DNA of 29,736 nt, taken from the IMG/VR virus record IMGVR_UViG_3300017913_000425, positions 1 to 29,736 of that record; one strand, given 5' to 3'. The notes below the pieces were generated by a model. That model saw only the letters and a program-made list of their open reading frames with translations. It made no database searches and was not told where the DNA came from. Position 1 is the first letter of the stretch, and every line of letters starts with the position of its first letter. The translations under genes were made by a program, and so were the position numbers. This document shows, piece by piece, positions 1-9,762 of this stretch. The stretch is from a virus (lineage: Duplodnaviria; Caudoviricetes).

Positions 1-1
1 A

Positions 2-247
2 ATTTTAACAGCAAACTCTAGTTCTGCTACTGGTAACTTGGGTGCATGGAACACTGGAAGCAGAACCACATACTACAGTCAAACAACTACACAAACAACC
101 TACTATACACAGGTCAACTATTCTGGCGGTGGAGACCTATTCGGTTCAGGTACTTCTATCAGAGTCGGCGATAACAGAACAGATATAACTATATCAAGTG
201 GTGGAACAAACTATTCAAATGGCGAAACAATTTACAAAAAAACATAA
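2..247 (+). CDS. 3' end of a Gly/Thr/Ser/Asn-rich protein, possibly virion structural/fibre (truncated at window start)
   Basis: Frame is open from base 2 to TAA at 245-247; low-complexity G/T/S/N/Y composition. Confidence 0.5.
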   Translation: MLTANSSSATGNLGAWNTGSRTTYYSQTTTQTTYYTQVNYSGGGDLFGSGTSIRVGDNRTDITISSGGTNYSNGETIYKKT

Positions 248-255
248 ATTTTTGG

Positions 256-284
256 TTTACTAAACATCTTTTTTGTAGTATAAT
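256..284 (+). promoter_or_regulatory. sigma70-type early promoter
   Basis: TTTACT(256-261)-N17-TATAAT(279-284); ATG follows 6 nt after the -10. Confidence 0.75.
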
Positions 285-290
285 TATAAT

Positions 291-737
291 ATGATTGATT
301 TGAAAAGTATACACGAAATGTGGTCGAAAGACTGCGAGATCTCTCAAAGCAAATTAGACGAGTCTTCTCGTGCCACTCCAATGTTACACTCTAAATACTT
401 AGAGCTTCTTACAACTTATAAGCTAACACTCAAACGTGCAGAGTTTGAGCAGAAAAAGCTATTGAAAGATAAATGGCTTTACTATAATGGCAAGATGGAC
501 CAAGAACGAGTCGAAGAACTCGGTTGGAAACCTGATCCCTTTGATGGTCTGAAGATTCTAAAAGGAGAGATGGACTACTATTACGATAGCGATCCTGAAA
601 TCCAAGACTCTGAAGGCAAAATACAGTATTACAAGACCGTTATAGATACATTAGAAGAGATAATAAACACTCTTCGATGGCGACATCAAACGATTGGTAA
701 TATGATCAAGTGGAAACAATTCGAGTCTGGAAATTAA
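291..737 (+). CDS. uvsY: recombination mediator protein UvsY
   Basis: D..I....LD.ES...P.LHSKYL and YY.GK motifs, C-terminal I.N.I.W..F.SG; position upstream of uvsW. Confidence 0.9.
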   Translation: MIDLKSIHEMWSKDCEISQSKLDESSRATPMLHSKYLELLTTYKLTLKRAEFEQKKLLKDKWLYYNGKMDQERVEELGWKPDPFDGLKILKGEMDYYYDSDPEIQDSEGKIQYYKTVIDTLEEIINTLRWRHQTIGNMIKWKQFESGN

Positions 738-2194
738 ATCACGCTAACTTTCAAATAGAATGCGAATCAGGCGCAGCTCAGGAACTAAACGAGTACTTTA
801 GTTTCTATGTGCCTGGTTATAAGTTCATGCCTGCATACCGTAATCGTATGTGGGATGGTAAGATACGACTCTTTACATTGAGAGATCGTACTTTACCTGC
901 AGGTTTATTTTATCATTTAAGCGATTTCTGCGAAAAACGAGGATATATACTGGAGTCAAAGTCATCAACTTATGGAGCTCCAGATGATCGAAATGTCGTT
1001 AGGCCAGACTCTCTTAGGCTATTTACTAACAGCCTTAATCTTCCTTTCAATCTTCGCTCCTATCAGTTTGGATGCGTTGGCGAAGCGTTGGTCAGAAAAA
1101 GAGGAATCCTCCTCTCCCCCACCGGATCAGGAAAATCCTTCATAATTTACAATATCATTCGATATTGGCTAGAACGATTAGCAGATACTGCAGCTAATCG
1201 TGTACTCATTATTGTTCCTACTACATCTCTTGTCGAACAGATGCACAGTGATTTTATGCAATACGGGTGGGATGAAGATTCTATGCATAAGATATACTCA
1301 GGAAAAGATAAGAATAATAAGACTGCGAAGTGCGTTATTACTACGTGGCAGTCTGTACACCGATTGCAAAAAGACTGGTTTCAACAGTTTGGCTGTGTTA
1401 TTGGTGATGAGTGTCATGGCTTTAAGTCGAAGTCATTGATGAATATCATGAATAAATGCACAGAAGCAGAATATAGGTTCGGCACTACAGGTACATTAGA
1501 TGGCTCACAAACACATGAATTGGTCTTACAAGGGCTGTTCGGTAAGATTTACAAAGTCACAACCACGCGTGAACTACAAGATAACGACACTTTGGCAAAA
1601 CTATCGATCAGGCGACTCGTTCTTGATTATGACGAGAAACTCAAACAAGACTTTGGGAAACAGACATACCAAGAAGAGATCGACTTTATCGTTAGCAACG
1701 AAAAACGGAATAAGTTTATACGAAACCTAGCCCTCGATCTCGAAGGCAATACGCTTGTACTTTACAACTATGTTGATAAACATGGTAAACCTCTCTATCA
1801 CATGATTAAAGATAAAAGTGAAGAAGATAGGAGAGTGTTCTTTGTTTCAGGCGACACACAAACTTCGGATCGTGAAGCGATACGAGGCATAGTAGAGAAA
1901 CAAAAGAACGCAATCGTAGTGGCTTCTCTCGGTACATTTAGTACTGGTATAAATATTAGAGAGTTACATAATATCATCTTCGCCTCACCATCGAAGTCTC
2001 AAATACGAGTACTACAATCGATTGGTAGAGGATTACGAAAGAGCAGTGATGGAAGGGAAACAGTCTTATACGACATCTCAGATGATCTGAGCTGGAAAAA
2101 TCGGAAAAATTTTTCACTCCTACATTCATGGGAACGGCTGAAGATATATCAAAAAGAGCAGTTCGATTTTAAGACACATAAGGTAAAGATATGA
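710..2194 (+). CDS. uvsW: SF2 DNA helicase UvsW
   Basis: GYKFMPAYRNRMWDGKIRLF, Walker A SPTGSGKS, DECH, TTGT, STGINI, LQSIGRGLR. Confidence 0.95.
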   Translation: METIRVWKLNHANFQIECESGAAQELNEYFSFYVPGYKFMPAYRNRMWDGKIRLFTLRDRTLPAGLFYHLSDFCEKRGYILESKSSTYGAPDDRNVVRPDSLRLFTNSLNLPFNLRSYQFGCVGEALVRKRGILLSPTGSGKSFIIYNIIRYWLERLADTAANRVLIIVPTTSLVEQMHSDFMQYGWDEDSMHKIYSGKDKNNKTAKCVITTWQSVHRLQKDWFQQFGCVIGDECHGFKSKSLMNIMNKCTEAEYRFGTTGTLDGSQTHELVLQGLFGKIYKVTTTRELQDNDTLAKLSIRRLVLDYDEKLKQDFGKQTYQEEIDFIVSNEKRNKFIRNLALDLEGNTLVLYNYVDKHGKPLYHMIKDKSEEDRRVFFVSGDTQTSDREAIRGIVEKQKNAIVVASLGTFSTGINIRELHNIIFASPSKSQIRVLQSIGRGLRKSSDGRETVLYDISDDLSWKNRKNFSLLHSWERLKIYQKEQFDFKTHKVKI

Positions 2195-2652
2195 ACTTAA
2201 AACAATTCAAGTTGACTAATGACGATGAGATTATCTGTGAAGTACTTGAGATCGGTGAAGAGACAGGCGATGTCATCATACGTAAAGCACTCAAGATCAT
2301 GTGTGCCGAAGACCTTGAAAATTCTCTTCGATACTATTCATTCAGACCATTTGTTTCGTTCAGTGACGTAGACGATCAAATCGTTGTACTGAACTCTGGA
2401 CATATTATCAGTGAGGTAAATCCAACTAAAAGGTTGGCAGTACACTATGCGATGGCATTGAAAGAGGTCGAAGCAACTCATGCTAACGTGACCGATCTTG
2501 ATTTTGACGAGTTCGCAGCAGCGGCCGAAACGATGGATGAAGATGAATTTCGCGAGTATGTTAAGAGCATGATAGAAGAAAAAACAGAGAAGATGACTGA
2601 CTCAGGTGATACGAACGTTATTAAGTTTACACCAAAAGACACGGTGCATTGA
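2191..2652 (+). CDS. hypothetical protein between uvsW and gp55 (small beta-barrel-like N-terminus, acidic tail)
   Basis: ATGA overlap with uvsW stop; KLTNDDEIICEV start resembles proteins at this locus in T4-like phages. Confidence 0.75.
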   Translation: MNLKQFKLTNDDEIICEVLEIGEETGDVIIRKALKIMCAEDLENSLRYYSFRPFVSFSDVDDQIVVLNSGHIISEVNPTKRLAVHYAMALKEVEATHANVTDLDFDEFAAAAETMDEDEFREYVKSMIEEKTEKMTDSGDTNVIKFTPKDTVH

Positions 2653-2673
2653 GGGTATCTGGCTCTCCCCTCA
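2650..2673. other. hairpin at the end of the 2191-2652 gene
   Basis: TGAGGG(2650-2655)...CCCTCA(2668-2673) inverted repeat; no clear U tract. Confidence 0.4.
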
Positions 2674-2684
2674 GCTTACAGCTT

Positions 2685-2713
2685 ATTATACCATATAAAT
2701 AGAGTTTTGTAAA
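2685..2713 (-). promoter_or_regulatory. antisense sigma70-type promoter
   Basis: Reverse complement reads GTTTACA-AAACTCTATTTATATGG-TATAAT, exact 17 nt spacer, same consensus as + strand promoters. Confidence 0.7.
2694..2701 (+). promoter_or_regulatory. T4-type late promoter candidate
   Basis: TATAAATA, the gp55-dependent consensus, intergenic upstream of gp55. Confidence 0.5.
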
Positions 2714-2729
2714 CCCCTTAATTTAGCTG

Positions 2730-2758
2730 TTTACATATTTTTATTTTTGTGGTATAAT
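2730..2758 (+). promoter_or_regulatory. sigma70-type early promoter
   Basis: TTTACA-N17-TATAAT with TGTGG extended -10. Confidence 0.85.
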
Positions 2759-2781
2759 ATACATAATGAAAGGAAGTGAAT

Positions 2782-3375
2782 ATGGCACGTCAAAAAAGAG
2801 CAAGTATTCATTACGTAAACAACGCAGACTTTTCTCAAGCAGTTGTAGACTACGTGAGTACTGTCAATGAAGCTAAGCAAAATCAACAATCCCTTCCAAT
2901 TGTACCAGACTATATCGCTCAGTGTTTCCTAAGGATCGCTGAAGGCTTGTCACACAAGTCAAACTTTATTCGCTATACATACCGCGAAGAGATGGTCATG
3001 GATGCTGTTGAGAATTGCTTAAAAGCCATTGAAAACTATGATATCGCAGCAGCGACAAGAACAGGTAAACCAAACGCATTCGCATATTTTACACAGATCG
3101 CGTGGTACGCATTCTTACGTAGGATCGCAAAGGAAAAGAAACAACAAGACATCAAGCTAAAGTATTTGACTAAGTCGGGTGTTGAGAACTTCATTGATAA
3201 TGAACTCGGCGATGAGATGTCTGCACAAGTTGTAGGTGCCTTTGTTGATACATTACGAGATCGTATCGATAAGGTAAGGCATGCAGATACAGAGTTCAAA
3301 GAATACGTGAAGGTTGAGAAGAAAAAGAAACGCACTCGTTCGGTTGATTCAGATCTATCGGAGTTCTTGAAATGA
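2782..3375 (+). CDS. gp55: late-transcription sigma factor gp55
   Basis: HYVNN, IAEGLSHKSNFIRYTYREEMVMDAVENC, NAFAYFTQI motifs; AAGGAAG SD before ATG 2782. Confidence 0.95.
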   Translation: MARQKRASIHYVNNADFSQAVVDYVSTVNEAKQNQQSLPIVPDYIAQCFLRIAEGLSHKSNFIRYTYREEMVMDAVENCLKAIENYDIAAATRTGKPNAFAYFTQIAWYAFLRRIAKEKKQQDIKLKYLTKSGVENFIDNELGDEMSAQVVGAFVDTLRDRIDKVRHADTEFKEYVKVEKKKKRTRSVDSDLSEFLK

Positions 3376-4433
3376 AGGTAGCAGTACTCAATGATACACA
3401 TTGTGGTATTCGTAACTCAGCCGAGATCTTCTTGAATAATGCTGAAGACTTTTACAAGAACGTCTTCTTTCCATATTGTGATGAGCATGACATCAAGCAG
3501 ATCGTACACCTCGGTGACTACTATGATCATCGTAAGTTCGTAAACTTTAAGGCACTTAATCAAAATCGTAAGGTGTTTCTTGATGAGATGCGTAAGCGTG
3601 GTATGAGGATGGATATTATTCCTGGTAACCACGATACCTATTATAAGAACACGAACGATCTCAACAGTCTAAAAGAACTACTCGGTCACTATATGAACGA
3701 GGTACACATCATCATGGAACCAACAGTAATGGAGTATGGTTCTCTGAAGATGGCACTCCTACCATGGATTGCACAAGACAACTACCATTCCTCGATGAAG
3801 TTTATTGAGGAGTGTAAGGCTGATTGGCTCGGTGGCCACCTCGAGTTAAATGGCTTTGAGATGATGAGAGGTGTAAAGAACACACATGGAATGGACGCAG
3901 CACTGTTCAAGAAATTTGAGATGGTGTTGAGCGGTCATTTCCATGTATCTTCTCGTCAAGATAACATATGGTACTTAGGCAGTCAGATGGAGTTTTTCTG
4001 GTCTGATGCTCATGATCCAAAGGGTTTCCACGTCATTGATACAGAAACACGTGAGATTGAAAAAGTACATAATCCGTACACTTTATTTGAAAAAATAGTG
4101 TACAATGACGAAGAAACAGATTATAATAGCTATGATGTAAGTCACTTAGATAATCGCTTTGTGAAGGTCGTTGTGGTCAACAAGGCCGACACATTTACGT
4201 TCGATCGTTTTATTGATCGAGTACAGAACCAAGACATCTACGAGTTGAAGATAGCAGAGAACTTCAATGAGTTTATAGGTGAGAACGTAGAGGACGAGAA
4301 CATAAGCTTTGATGATACTCAAGACATCGTTGATACATATATTGATGCTGTTGAGACAGACCTTGATAAGGATCGTATCAAACAACAGATGCGTGAGTTA
4401 ATGACAGAAGCCCAAACACTCGAAGTTGCATGA
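3372..4433 (+). CDS. gp47: recombination endonuclease subunit gp47 (Mre11/SbcD-like)
   Basis: Metallophosphoesterase motifs DTH.G, LGD..D, GNHD, GHLE, SGHFH. Confidence 0.95.
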   Translation: MKVAVLNDTHCGIRNSAEIFLNNAEDFYKNVFFPYCDEHDIKQIVHLGDYYDHRKFVNFKALNQNRKVFLDEMRKRGMRMDIIPGNHDTYYKNTNDLNSLKELLGHYMNEVHIIMEPTVMEYGSLKMALLPWIAQDNYHSSMKFIEECKADWLGGHLELNGFEMMRGVKNTHGMDAALFKKFEMVLSGHFHVSSRQDNIWYLGSQMEFFWSDAHDPKGFHVIDTETREIEKVHNPYTLFEKIVYNDEETDYNSYDVSHLDNRFVKVVVVNKADTFTFDRFIDRVQNQDIYELKIAENFNEFIGENVEDENISFDDTQDIVDTYIDAVETDLDKDRIKQQMRELMTEAQTLEVA

Positions 4434-6142
4434 TAATTTTTGAAACCCTTCGGTATAAGAATTTCCTGTCAAGTGGAAATACTTTTACTGAGATTGATTT
4501 AGCAAAGAATAAGACTACGCTTGTAGTCGGTACTAATGGATCTGGTAAGTCAACTATGCTTGACGCCATATCTTTTGGTTTGTTTGGTAAACCACATCGG
4601 TCTATCAACAAGCCACAACTCGTGAACTCAATCAATGGCAAACAATGTGTCGTTGAGGTTGAGTTCAAGATCGGACAGGCTCAATTTAAGGTCGTACGTG
4701 GTATCAAGCCAAACGTCTTTGAGATCTGGAAGAATGGCACGATGATTAACCAATCATCACATGCCAAAGAATATCAGAAGATCCTCGAACAAAACATCTT
4801 GAAACTGAACCATAAATCGTTCCATCAAGTGGTAGTTCTTGGCTCCTCTTCGTTCATACCATTTATGCAACTCTCTGCATGGGTCAGACGAGAAGTAATC
4901 GAGGATCTTCTTGATATCAATATCTTTAGTTCAATGAACGTGTTGTTACGTGAAAAGACAAACATGTTGAAAGACAAGCTAAAGAGCATTGAACAGACAC
5001 AAGAATTAAACAAAACAAAAATTGATACACAGCAAAAATACATCCGCGATATTACAGCATTAACAGAAGAAAATAAAAGAGAATATGAATCTAGGATTGA
5101 TGAAGCGCAGAGTAACATCGATGACCTACAAGCTCAGAATAGTGAGCTTAGCTTGGGCCTCGAAGAAGATCTTCGAAGCACCGAGGAAAGGCTATCGACT
5201 CTACATGATCAACGCCAGACCCTTATGCTCAGAGGTCAAGATCTTCAAACGCAGTCGAAGGAAGTTGCCAAACGTGCCATGTTTTTCGAAGAGAATGAGG
5301 TATGTTCCGTATGCGACCAAGCCATCTCAGACTCGCATAAACATGACATTCTCGAATCTGCGAAGACAGAAGCAAGAGCGCTACAATCCCAACGCCGTAC
5401 GGTTGGTGAGGACGGGACCAAGGTGGAGGAAGAGATTAACGAGACCAGCAGCGTACTTCAATCGCTTCGATCTAAAGTATCTCAACTCGGTGAGAACAAC
5501 AGGGAGATCTCTAGCCTCCAACAGCAAATACAAGGTTACCAGCATTCCATAGAGAAAGATGTTGGTGCAGACCTATCAAATGCGAAAGAAGACCTAGAAG
5601 CATTGAAGAGCGAGAAGAGTGATTTGCTCGAAGACAAGCTTAAACTGTCAGAGCAATATAACTATAATACAGTTATCTCTGAGATGTTGAAGGATACAGG
5701 TATCAAGACTAAGATCATCAAACAATACTTACCAGTAATGAATGGTTTGGTGAATAGATACTTGCAAACCCTCGACTTCTTTGTACACTTTAATCTTGAC
5801 GAATCATTTAACGAGACTATTCGTTCTCGTCATAGAGATGACTTCTCATATGCATCCTTCTCTGAAGGCGAGAAACAACGTATTGACTTGGCTCTCTTGT
5901 TCACATGGCGGCAGATCGCTAAGATGAAGAATAGTGTAGCTACAAATCTATTGATACTTGATGAGACGTTTGACTCCTCTCTCGATCATGAAGGTATCGG
6001 TAACTTGATGAAGATATTGCACTCTCTCGACAATGAGACCAATGTGTTTGTTATATCTCATAAAGGTGAAGTTCTTGATGGACAGTTCAACAGTAAAATT
6101 GAATTTAAGAAAGAAAAGAATTTCAGTAAAATTGTCGCATAA
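4430..6142 (+). CDS. gp46: recombination endonuclease ATPase subunit gp46 (Rad50/SbcC-like)
   Basis: KNFLSSGN, Walker A GTNGSGKST, CSVC zinc hook within coiled coil, FSEGEK signature, LDETFD, ISH. Confidence 0.95.
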   Translation: MIIFETLRYKNFLSSGNTFTEIDLAKNKTTLVVGTNGSGKSTMLDAISFGLFGKPHRSINKPQLVNSINGKQCVVEVEFKIGQAQFKVVRGIKPNVFEIWKNGTMINQSSHAKEYQKILEQNILKLNHKSFHQVVVLGSSSFIPFMQLSAWVRREVIEDLLDINIFSSMNVLLREKTNMLKDKLKSIEQTQELNKTKIDTQQKYIRDITALTEENKREYESRIDEAQSNIDDLQAQNSELSLGLEEDLRSTEERLSTLHDQRQTLMLRGQDLQTQSKEVAKRAMFFEENEVCSVCDQAISDSHKHDILESAKTEARALQSQRRTVGEDGTKVEEEINETSSVLQSLRSKVSQLGENNREISSLQQQIQGYQHSIEKDVGADLSNAKEDLEALKSEKSDLLEDKLKLSEQYNYNTVISEMLKDTGIKTKIIKQYLPVMNGLVNRYLQTLDFFVHFNLDESFNETIRSRHRDDFSYASFSEGEKQRIDLALLFTWRQIAKMKNSVATNLLILDETFDSSLDHEGIGNLMKILHSLDNETNVFVISHKGEVLDGQFNSKIEFKKEKNFSKIVA

Positions 6143-6145
6143 GTA

Positions 6146-6174
6146 TGTACAAGCCTATGTACATGTGGTATAAT
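6146..6174 (+). promoter_or_regulatory. sigma70-type early promoter
   Basis: TGTACA-N17-TATAAT with TGTGG extended -10. Confidence 0.7.
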
Positions 6175-6201
6175 AACTACTATATAATGTAATGAGGATA
6201 T

Positions 6202-6879
6202 ATGATGGAACTTACAGATAATACACTATCGGTACTCAAGAACTTTTCTGGTATCAATCAAAACCTTCTTATCAAAGAAGGCAATCAAATCAAAACTATT
6301 TCTGAGGCAAAGAACATCTTAGCAGCAGCCACTGTTACTGAGTCTTTCCCACAATCATTTGGCATCTATGACTTAAATGAGTTCATCGGTGTCATTGGCT
6401 TGGTCAATGATCCAAGTCTTCGATTCGATGATGAGTCTGTCACAGTAAGTGATGCCTCTGGTCGATCGAAAGTTCGGTACTTCTTCTCACCAGAAGAAAC
6501 ACTGACAACACCTCAGAAAGATATCAATATGCCTGATGCAGAAGTCAAGTTTACACTTGATTCTGATACACTCAACAAGATTAAGCGAGCTGCATCCACG
6601 CTTGGTCATGATGAGATGTCAGTATCTGTACGTGATGGTGTATTGACTCTTTCTGTGGTTGAAAACCAAAACTCAACATCAAATGCATTCTCGATCGATG
6701 TCGATGGTGAGTTTAGTAACGAGAACTTTAACTTTATCATGAGTATCGCAAACTTGAAGATGATTCCTGGTGATTATGCCGTTGAGATGTCTTCTAAGTT
6801 TATTTCTCGATTTACACATAAAGAAATGAACGTTCAATATTGGATTGCACTTGAAAAAACATCTACCTTCGGAGGTTAA
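6202..6879 (+). CDS. gp45: sliding clamp gp45
   Basis: TLSVLKNFSGINQ, FGIYDLNEF, YWIALE motifs; synteny; GAGGA SD. Confidence 0.95.
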   Translation: MMELTDNTLSVLKNFSGINQNLLIKEGNQIKTISEAKNILAAATVTESFPQSFGIYDLNEFIGVIGLVNDPSLRFDDESVTVSDASGRSKVRYFFSPEETLTTPQKDINMPDAEVKFTLDSDTLNKIKRAASTLGHDEMSVSVRDGVLTLSVVENQNSTSNAFSIDVDGEFSNENFNFIMSIANLKMIPGDYAVEMSSKFISRFTHKEMNVQYWIALEKTSTFGG

Positions 6880-6882
6880 AAA

Positions 6883-7104
6883 ATGGCTGATAAAGCACAA
6901 GTAGAACAGCTTATGGATCTGGGCAACAAGGTTGCTCGTAGCTCAGTAGCTGTAATCGATGCTGTCACACAGCGTGGCGGTTTCAAAGGTGAAGAACTAT
7001 CGACTATCGGTACTCTTCGTGATCAGGCTGTACAACTCGTACAAGCTGTAGAAACGATGCAAGCTGACGCTGAGTTTGAAGACGACGACGAAGCTGAAGA
7101 ATAA
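6883..7104 (+). CDS. hypothetical protein (helical hairpin, acidic tail)
   Basis: GGAGG SD; ID...QRGGFKGEEL..IG motif. Confidence 0.8.
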   Translation: MADKAQVEQLMDLGNKVARSSVAVIDAVTQRGGFKGEELSTIGTLRDQAVQLVQAVETMQADAEFEDDDEAEE

Positions 7105-7106
7105 CA

Positions 7107-7135
7107 TTTACATTCTGCTCAACCTGTGATATAAT
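7107..7135 (+). promoter_or_regulatory. sigma70-type early promoter
   Basis: TTTACA-N17-TATAAT, TGTGA before the -10. Confidence 0.8.
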
Positions 7136-7158
7136 ATTTTTTTGTAATGGAGCTTTGA

Positions 7159-8097
7159 ATGTCTAATGACTTTTTATGGGTCGAAAAGTATCGTCCCAAA
7201 ACAATTGATGAGTGTATTCTCCCAAAAGAACTAAAGACTACATTCAATAAGATCGTAGAGTCTGGTGAATTGCCTAACATGCTATTCACTGGCTCTGCAG
7301 GTCTTGGTAAGACTACTGTCGCCAAGGCCATGTGTAACATGCTTGATCTTGACTATATCCTCATAAATGGTTCCGAAGAGGGTAACATCGATACCTTACG
7401 CGGTAAGATCAAGCAGTTCGCATCTACAGTCTCGCTACAAGGTGGCGTTAAAGTTGTGATACTTGACGAGGCTGATTACCTGAACCCGCAGTCTACACAA
7501 CCAGCTCTTCGTGGATTCATTGAAGAGTTCGCTAACAACTGTCGGTTCATCCTCACTTGTAACTTCAAGAATCGCATCATTGAACCACTACACTCTCGTT
7601 GCGGTGTATATGAATTTAATGGTGGTGATAAGGCTACTCTCTGTGGTGAGTTCATGTCTCGTTGTCAAGAGATACTTCTCAACGAAGGTGTGACTGTACA
7701 TTCTCCACAGGCTCTAGCTGATATCATCATGAGATATTTCCCAGATTGGAGAAGAGTACTCAATGAACTTCAAAGGCATGGTATATCTACTGGCAACATT
7801 GATGCTAGCATTGTTAACGATGTATCTTCAACAACATACGACGATCTTTTCACTCACTTAAAAAATAAAGACTTCAAGAAGATGCGTAAGTGGGTCGTTG
7901 ACAATATAGATACAGATGCTGCTGCGATCTTTCGAGGAATCTATGACCGTATGACTGAAAAGGTAGCACCTCAGTCCATACCTCAACTCGTCTTGATCCT
8001 TGCAGACTATCAATATAAGAACGCGTTTGTAGCTGATCACGAGCTAAACGTCGTTGCATGTCTGACGGAGGTAATGGCAAATGCCGAGTTCAATTAG
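7159..8097 (+). CDS. gp44: clamp loader large subunit gp44 (AAA+)
   Basis: LWVEKYRP, GSAGLGKTT, LDEAD, SRC motif. Confidence 0.97.
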   Translation: MSNDFLWVEKYRPKTIDECILPKELKTTFNKIVESGELPNMLFTGSAGLGKTTVAKAMCNMLDLDYILINGSEEGNIDTLRGKIKQFASTVSLQGGVKVVILDEADYLNPQSTQPALRGFIEEFANNCRFILTCNFKNRIIEPLHSRCGVYEFNGGDKATLCGEFMSRCQEILLNEGVTVHSPQALADIIMRYFPDWRRVLNELQRHGISTGNIDASIVNDVSSTTYDDLFTHLKNKDFKKMRKWVVDNIDTDAAAIFRGIYDRMTEKVAPQSIPQLVLILADYQYKNAFVADHELNVVACLTEVMANAEFN

Positions 8098-8371
8098 GTT
8101 ATACACCCAAAACGATTGTCCATATTGTGTAATCATGAAGAAGAAGCTTAATGAGTGGGGCTTCGGATATACAGAAATCAATGTAAGCGAGAACTTACAA
8201 GCAAAAGGTTTCTTGAAAGAACAAGGCCATCGAACGGTGCCACAGCTATACCACGGTTCAACCAACCTCAATGCTGGGGTTGATACAGTCAACTTTGAAC
8301 AACGTCATCTTGAAATTATGTTGCTTGAAGCTACACATGAAAATGATGGCGGTGTGGAGATGTTTGGTTGA
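8081..8371 (+). CDS. glutaredoxin / NrdH-like redoxin
   Basis: CPYC active site and RTVPQ cis-Pro motif. Confidence 0.85.
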   Translation: MPSSIRLYTQNDCPYCVIMKKKLNEWGFGYTEINVSENLQAKGFLKEQGHRTVPQLYHGSTNLNAGVDTVNFEQRHLEIMLLEATHENDGGVEMFG

Positions 8372-8535
8372 AGCGCGCGTGGTCTATTTGGTGCAAAACT
8401 ATTGGAAGCAAAATAACAGATAATGATCGTGAAAATGATATAGCAGCTATAATACGCACTATATGGGTTGTAACTCATATGGTTGCTTGCTTTTTTATTA
8501 TCGCGCACAATGGTATAAAGATTGGTTGGTTCTAA
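8368..8535 (+). CDS. small membrane protein, 55 aa (not in ORF track)
   Basis: TTG start overlaps glutaredoxin stop, TAA overlaps gp62 ATG; MKRAWSIWCKTIGSKITDNDRENDIAAIIRTIWVVTHMVACFFIIAHNGIKIGWF. Confidence 0.7.
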   Translation: MKRAWSIWCKTIGSKITDNDRENDIAAIIRTIWVVTHMVACFFIIAHNGIKIGWF

Positions 8536-8912
8536 TGAATCCGTATGAGTATGTGAAAGCTATCAACGATACAAAGCAAGATATCATGGTTGATGATCTT
8601 GCCGAAAAGGCATACAATGCCTATATGGTAAATCGTTCCTTATCTTATTTCCAAGATACCGTGTTGATGGCAAATGAGATGAATCGATACCACCACCTCG
8701 ATAATCGTTTACAATTCGACTTTTATATAAATATAGTACGAAAGAAAAAACGGTTTTCGAAATGGATGAAACCTGAAACCGTAAGTGACGTGGAAGTTGT
8801 CAAAGAATATTATGGCTACAGTAATGAAAAAGCCAAGCAAGCCTTGACCCTTCTCACATCAGAGCACATAAATGAATTGAAGAAGAAGGTTTATAAAGGT
8901 GGAAGAAAATAA
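8535..8912 (+). CDS. gp62: clamp loader small subunit gp62
   Basis: Y.AYMVNRSLSYFQDT, RKKKRFSKW, VKEYYGYSNEKA; start placed at ATG 8535. Confidence 0.92.
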   Translation: MNPYEYVKAINDTKQDIMVDDLAEKAYNAYMVNRSLSYFQDTVLMANEMNRYHHLDNRLQFDFYINIVRKKKRFSKWMKPETVSDVEVVKEYYGYSNEKAKQALTLLTSEHINELKKKVYKGGRK

Positions 8913-9312
8913 TATTGTAGAGTGGACACCATCCTCTATGTTAGAGGTTATACTCAACGAGCCCGATGATTTCTTAAAGGTTCGTGAAACACTTACTCGT
9001 ATCGGTGTCGCATCTCGTAAAGATAAAAAATTATATCAATCGTGTCATATCTTACATAAGCAAGGTCGGTACTTCATCGTACATTTCAAGGAGTTGTTCT
9101 TACTCGATGGTAAGAAGTCAAACCTAGAAGAAAATGACATTGCACGTAGGAATACTATCGCTCAATTGATGAGTGATTGGGGATTGATTACCATAGATAA
9201 TGGATCGGGTGCAGTAGAGCCACTCGCTCCTATGAGGCAGATTAAAATTATACCTTATCGGGAAAAACAAGAGTGGGAACTTTGTCCAAAATATAACATA
9301 GGAAGTAAATGA
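8899..9312 (+). CDS. regA: translational repressor RegA
   Basis: PDDFLKVRETLTRIGVA, LYQSCHILHKQGRYFIVHFKELF. Confidence 0.97.
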   Translation: MEENNIVEWTPSSMLEVILNEPDDFLKVRETLTRIGVASRKDKKLYQSCHILHKQGRYFIVHFKELFLLDGKKSNLEENDIARRNTIAQLMSDWGLITIDNGSGAVEPLAPMRQIKIIPYREKQEWELCPKYNIGSK

Positions 9313-9671
9313 TGAAATTTATATATGATGCATGGAATGTGATTATGGATCACAAAGCAAATCCATTGAGTAATATTCAAGATTTAGGTGTACGTCATGT
9401 TGTCATGCAGGCTCTTGCATGGATGTGGTGTATTATCTTTTCTATGAGTGTTGGATCAATCACAGTGTTTGGAGTAAGTGCAGTTGCTCATGCTTTATTG
9501 ATTGCAGGAATTGTAGCTACTGTAGCCACATTTGAAACAGCAAAGCGTAATCCAAAACTTTTTAACTTGCGCCCTGGATATCACAGTGTAAGTCGCAGTC
9601 GCCAATATATGTGGATTAACGGACAAAGAGTATTACTTGATGCTCGTGATCCAGGTGGCGAACACGAATAA
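9309..9671 (+). CDS. hypothetical membrane protein
   Basis: Two hydrophobic segments; ATGA overlap with regA stop. Confidence 0.75.
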   Translation: MMKFIYDAWNVIMDHKANPLSNIQDLGVRHVVMQALAWMWCIIFSMSVGSITVFGVSAVAHALLIAGIVATVATFETAKRNPKLFNLRPGYHSVSRSRQYMWINGQRVLLDARDPGGEHE

Positions 9672-9684
9672 TATATATAGAATT

Positions 9685-9758
9685 ACAGGCTATAAAATGC
9701 CTGTTGGGGATGCCGAATGGTTCGGGTCCCCCAATTAACCTTGCAAGTCATTGGAGGT
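9685..9758 (+). promoter_or_regulatory. ROSE-like RNA thermometer in hsp20 5' UTR
   Basis: Three successive hairpins; the last, ACCUUGCAA-GUCA-UUGGAGGU (9738-9758), pairs the SD with a UUGC motif leaving a bulged G. Confidence 0.65.
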
Positions 9759-9762
9759 ACAT

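Noticed and set aside
62-112. Repeated TACTACA/ACAAACAAC units near the window start
   Set aside because: Explained by Thr/Tyr/Gln-rich coding sequence; not a CRISPR array or regular tandem repeat.
5085-5552. Long +1-frame ORFs nested in gp46, gp43 (13537-13869) and uvsX (22318-22599), in stretches that look slightly G/C richer
   Set aside because: Preference for NTC/NTT codons keeps the +1 frame open by chance; no clear SD or recognisable motifs; composition shift not quantified.
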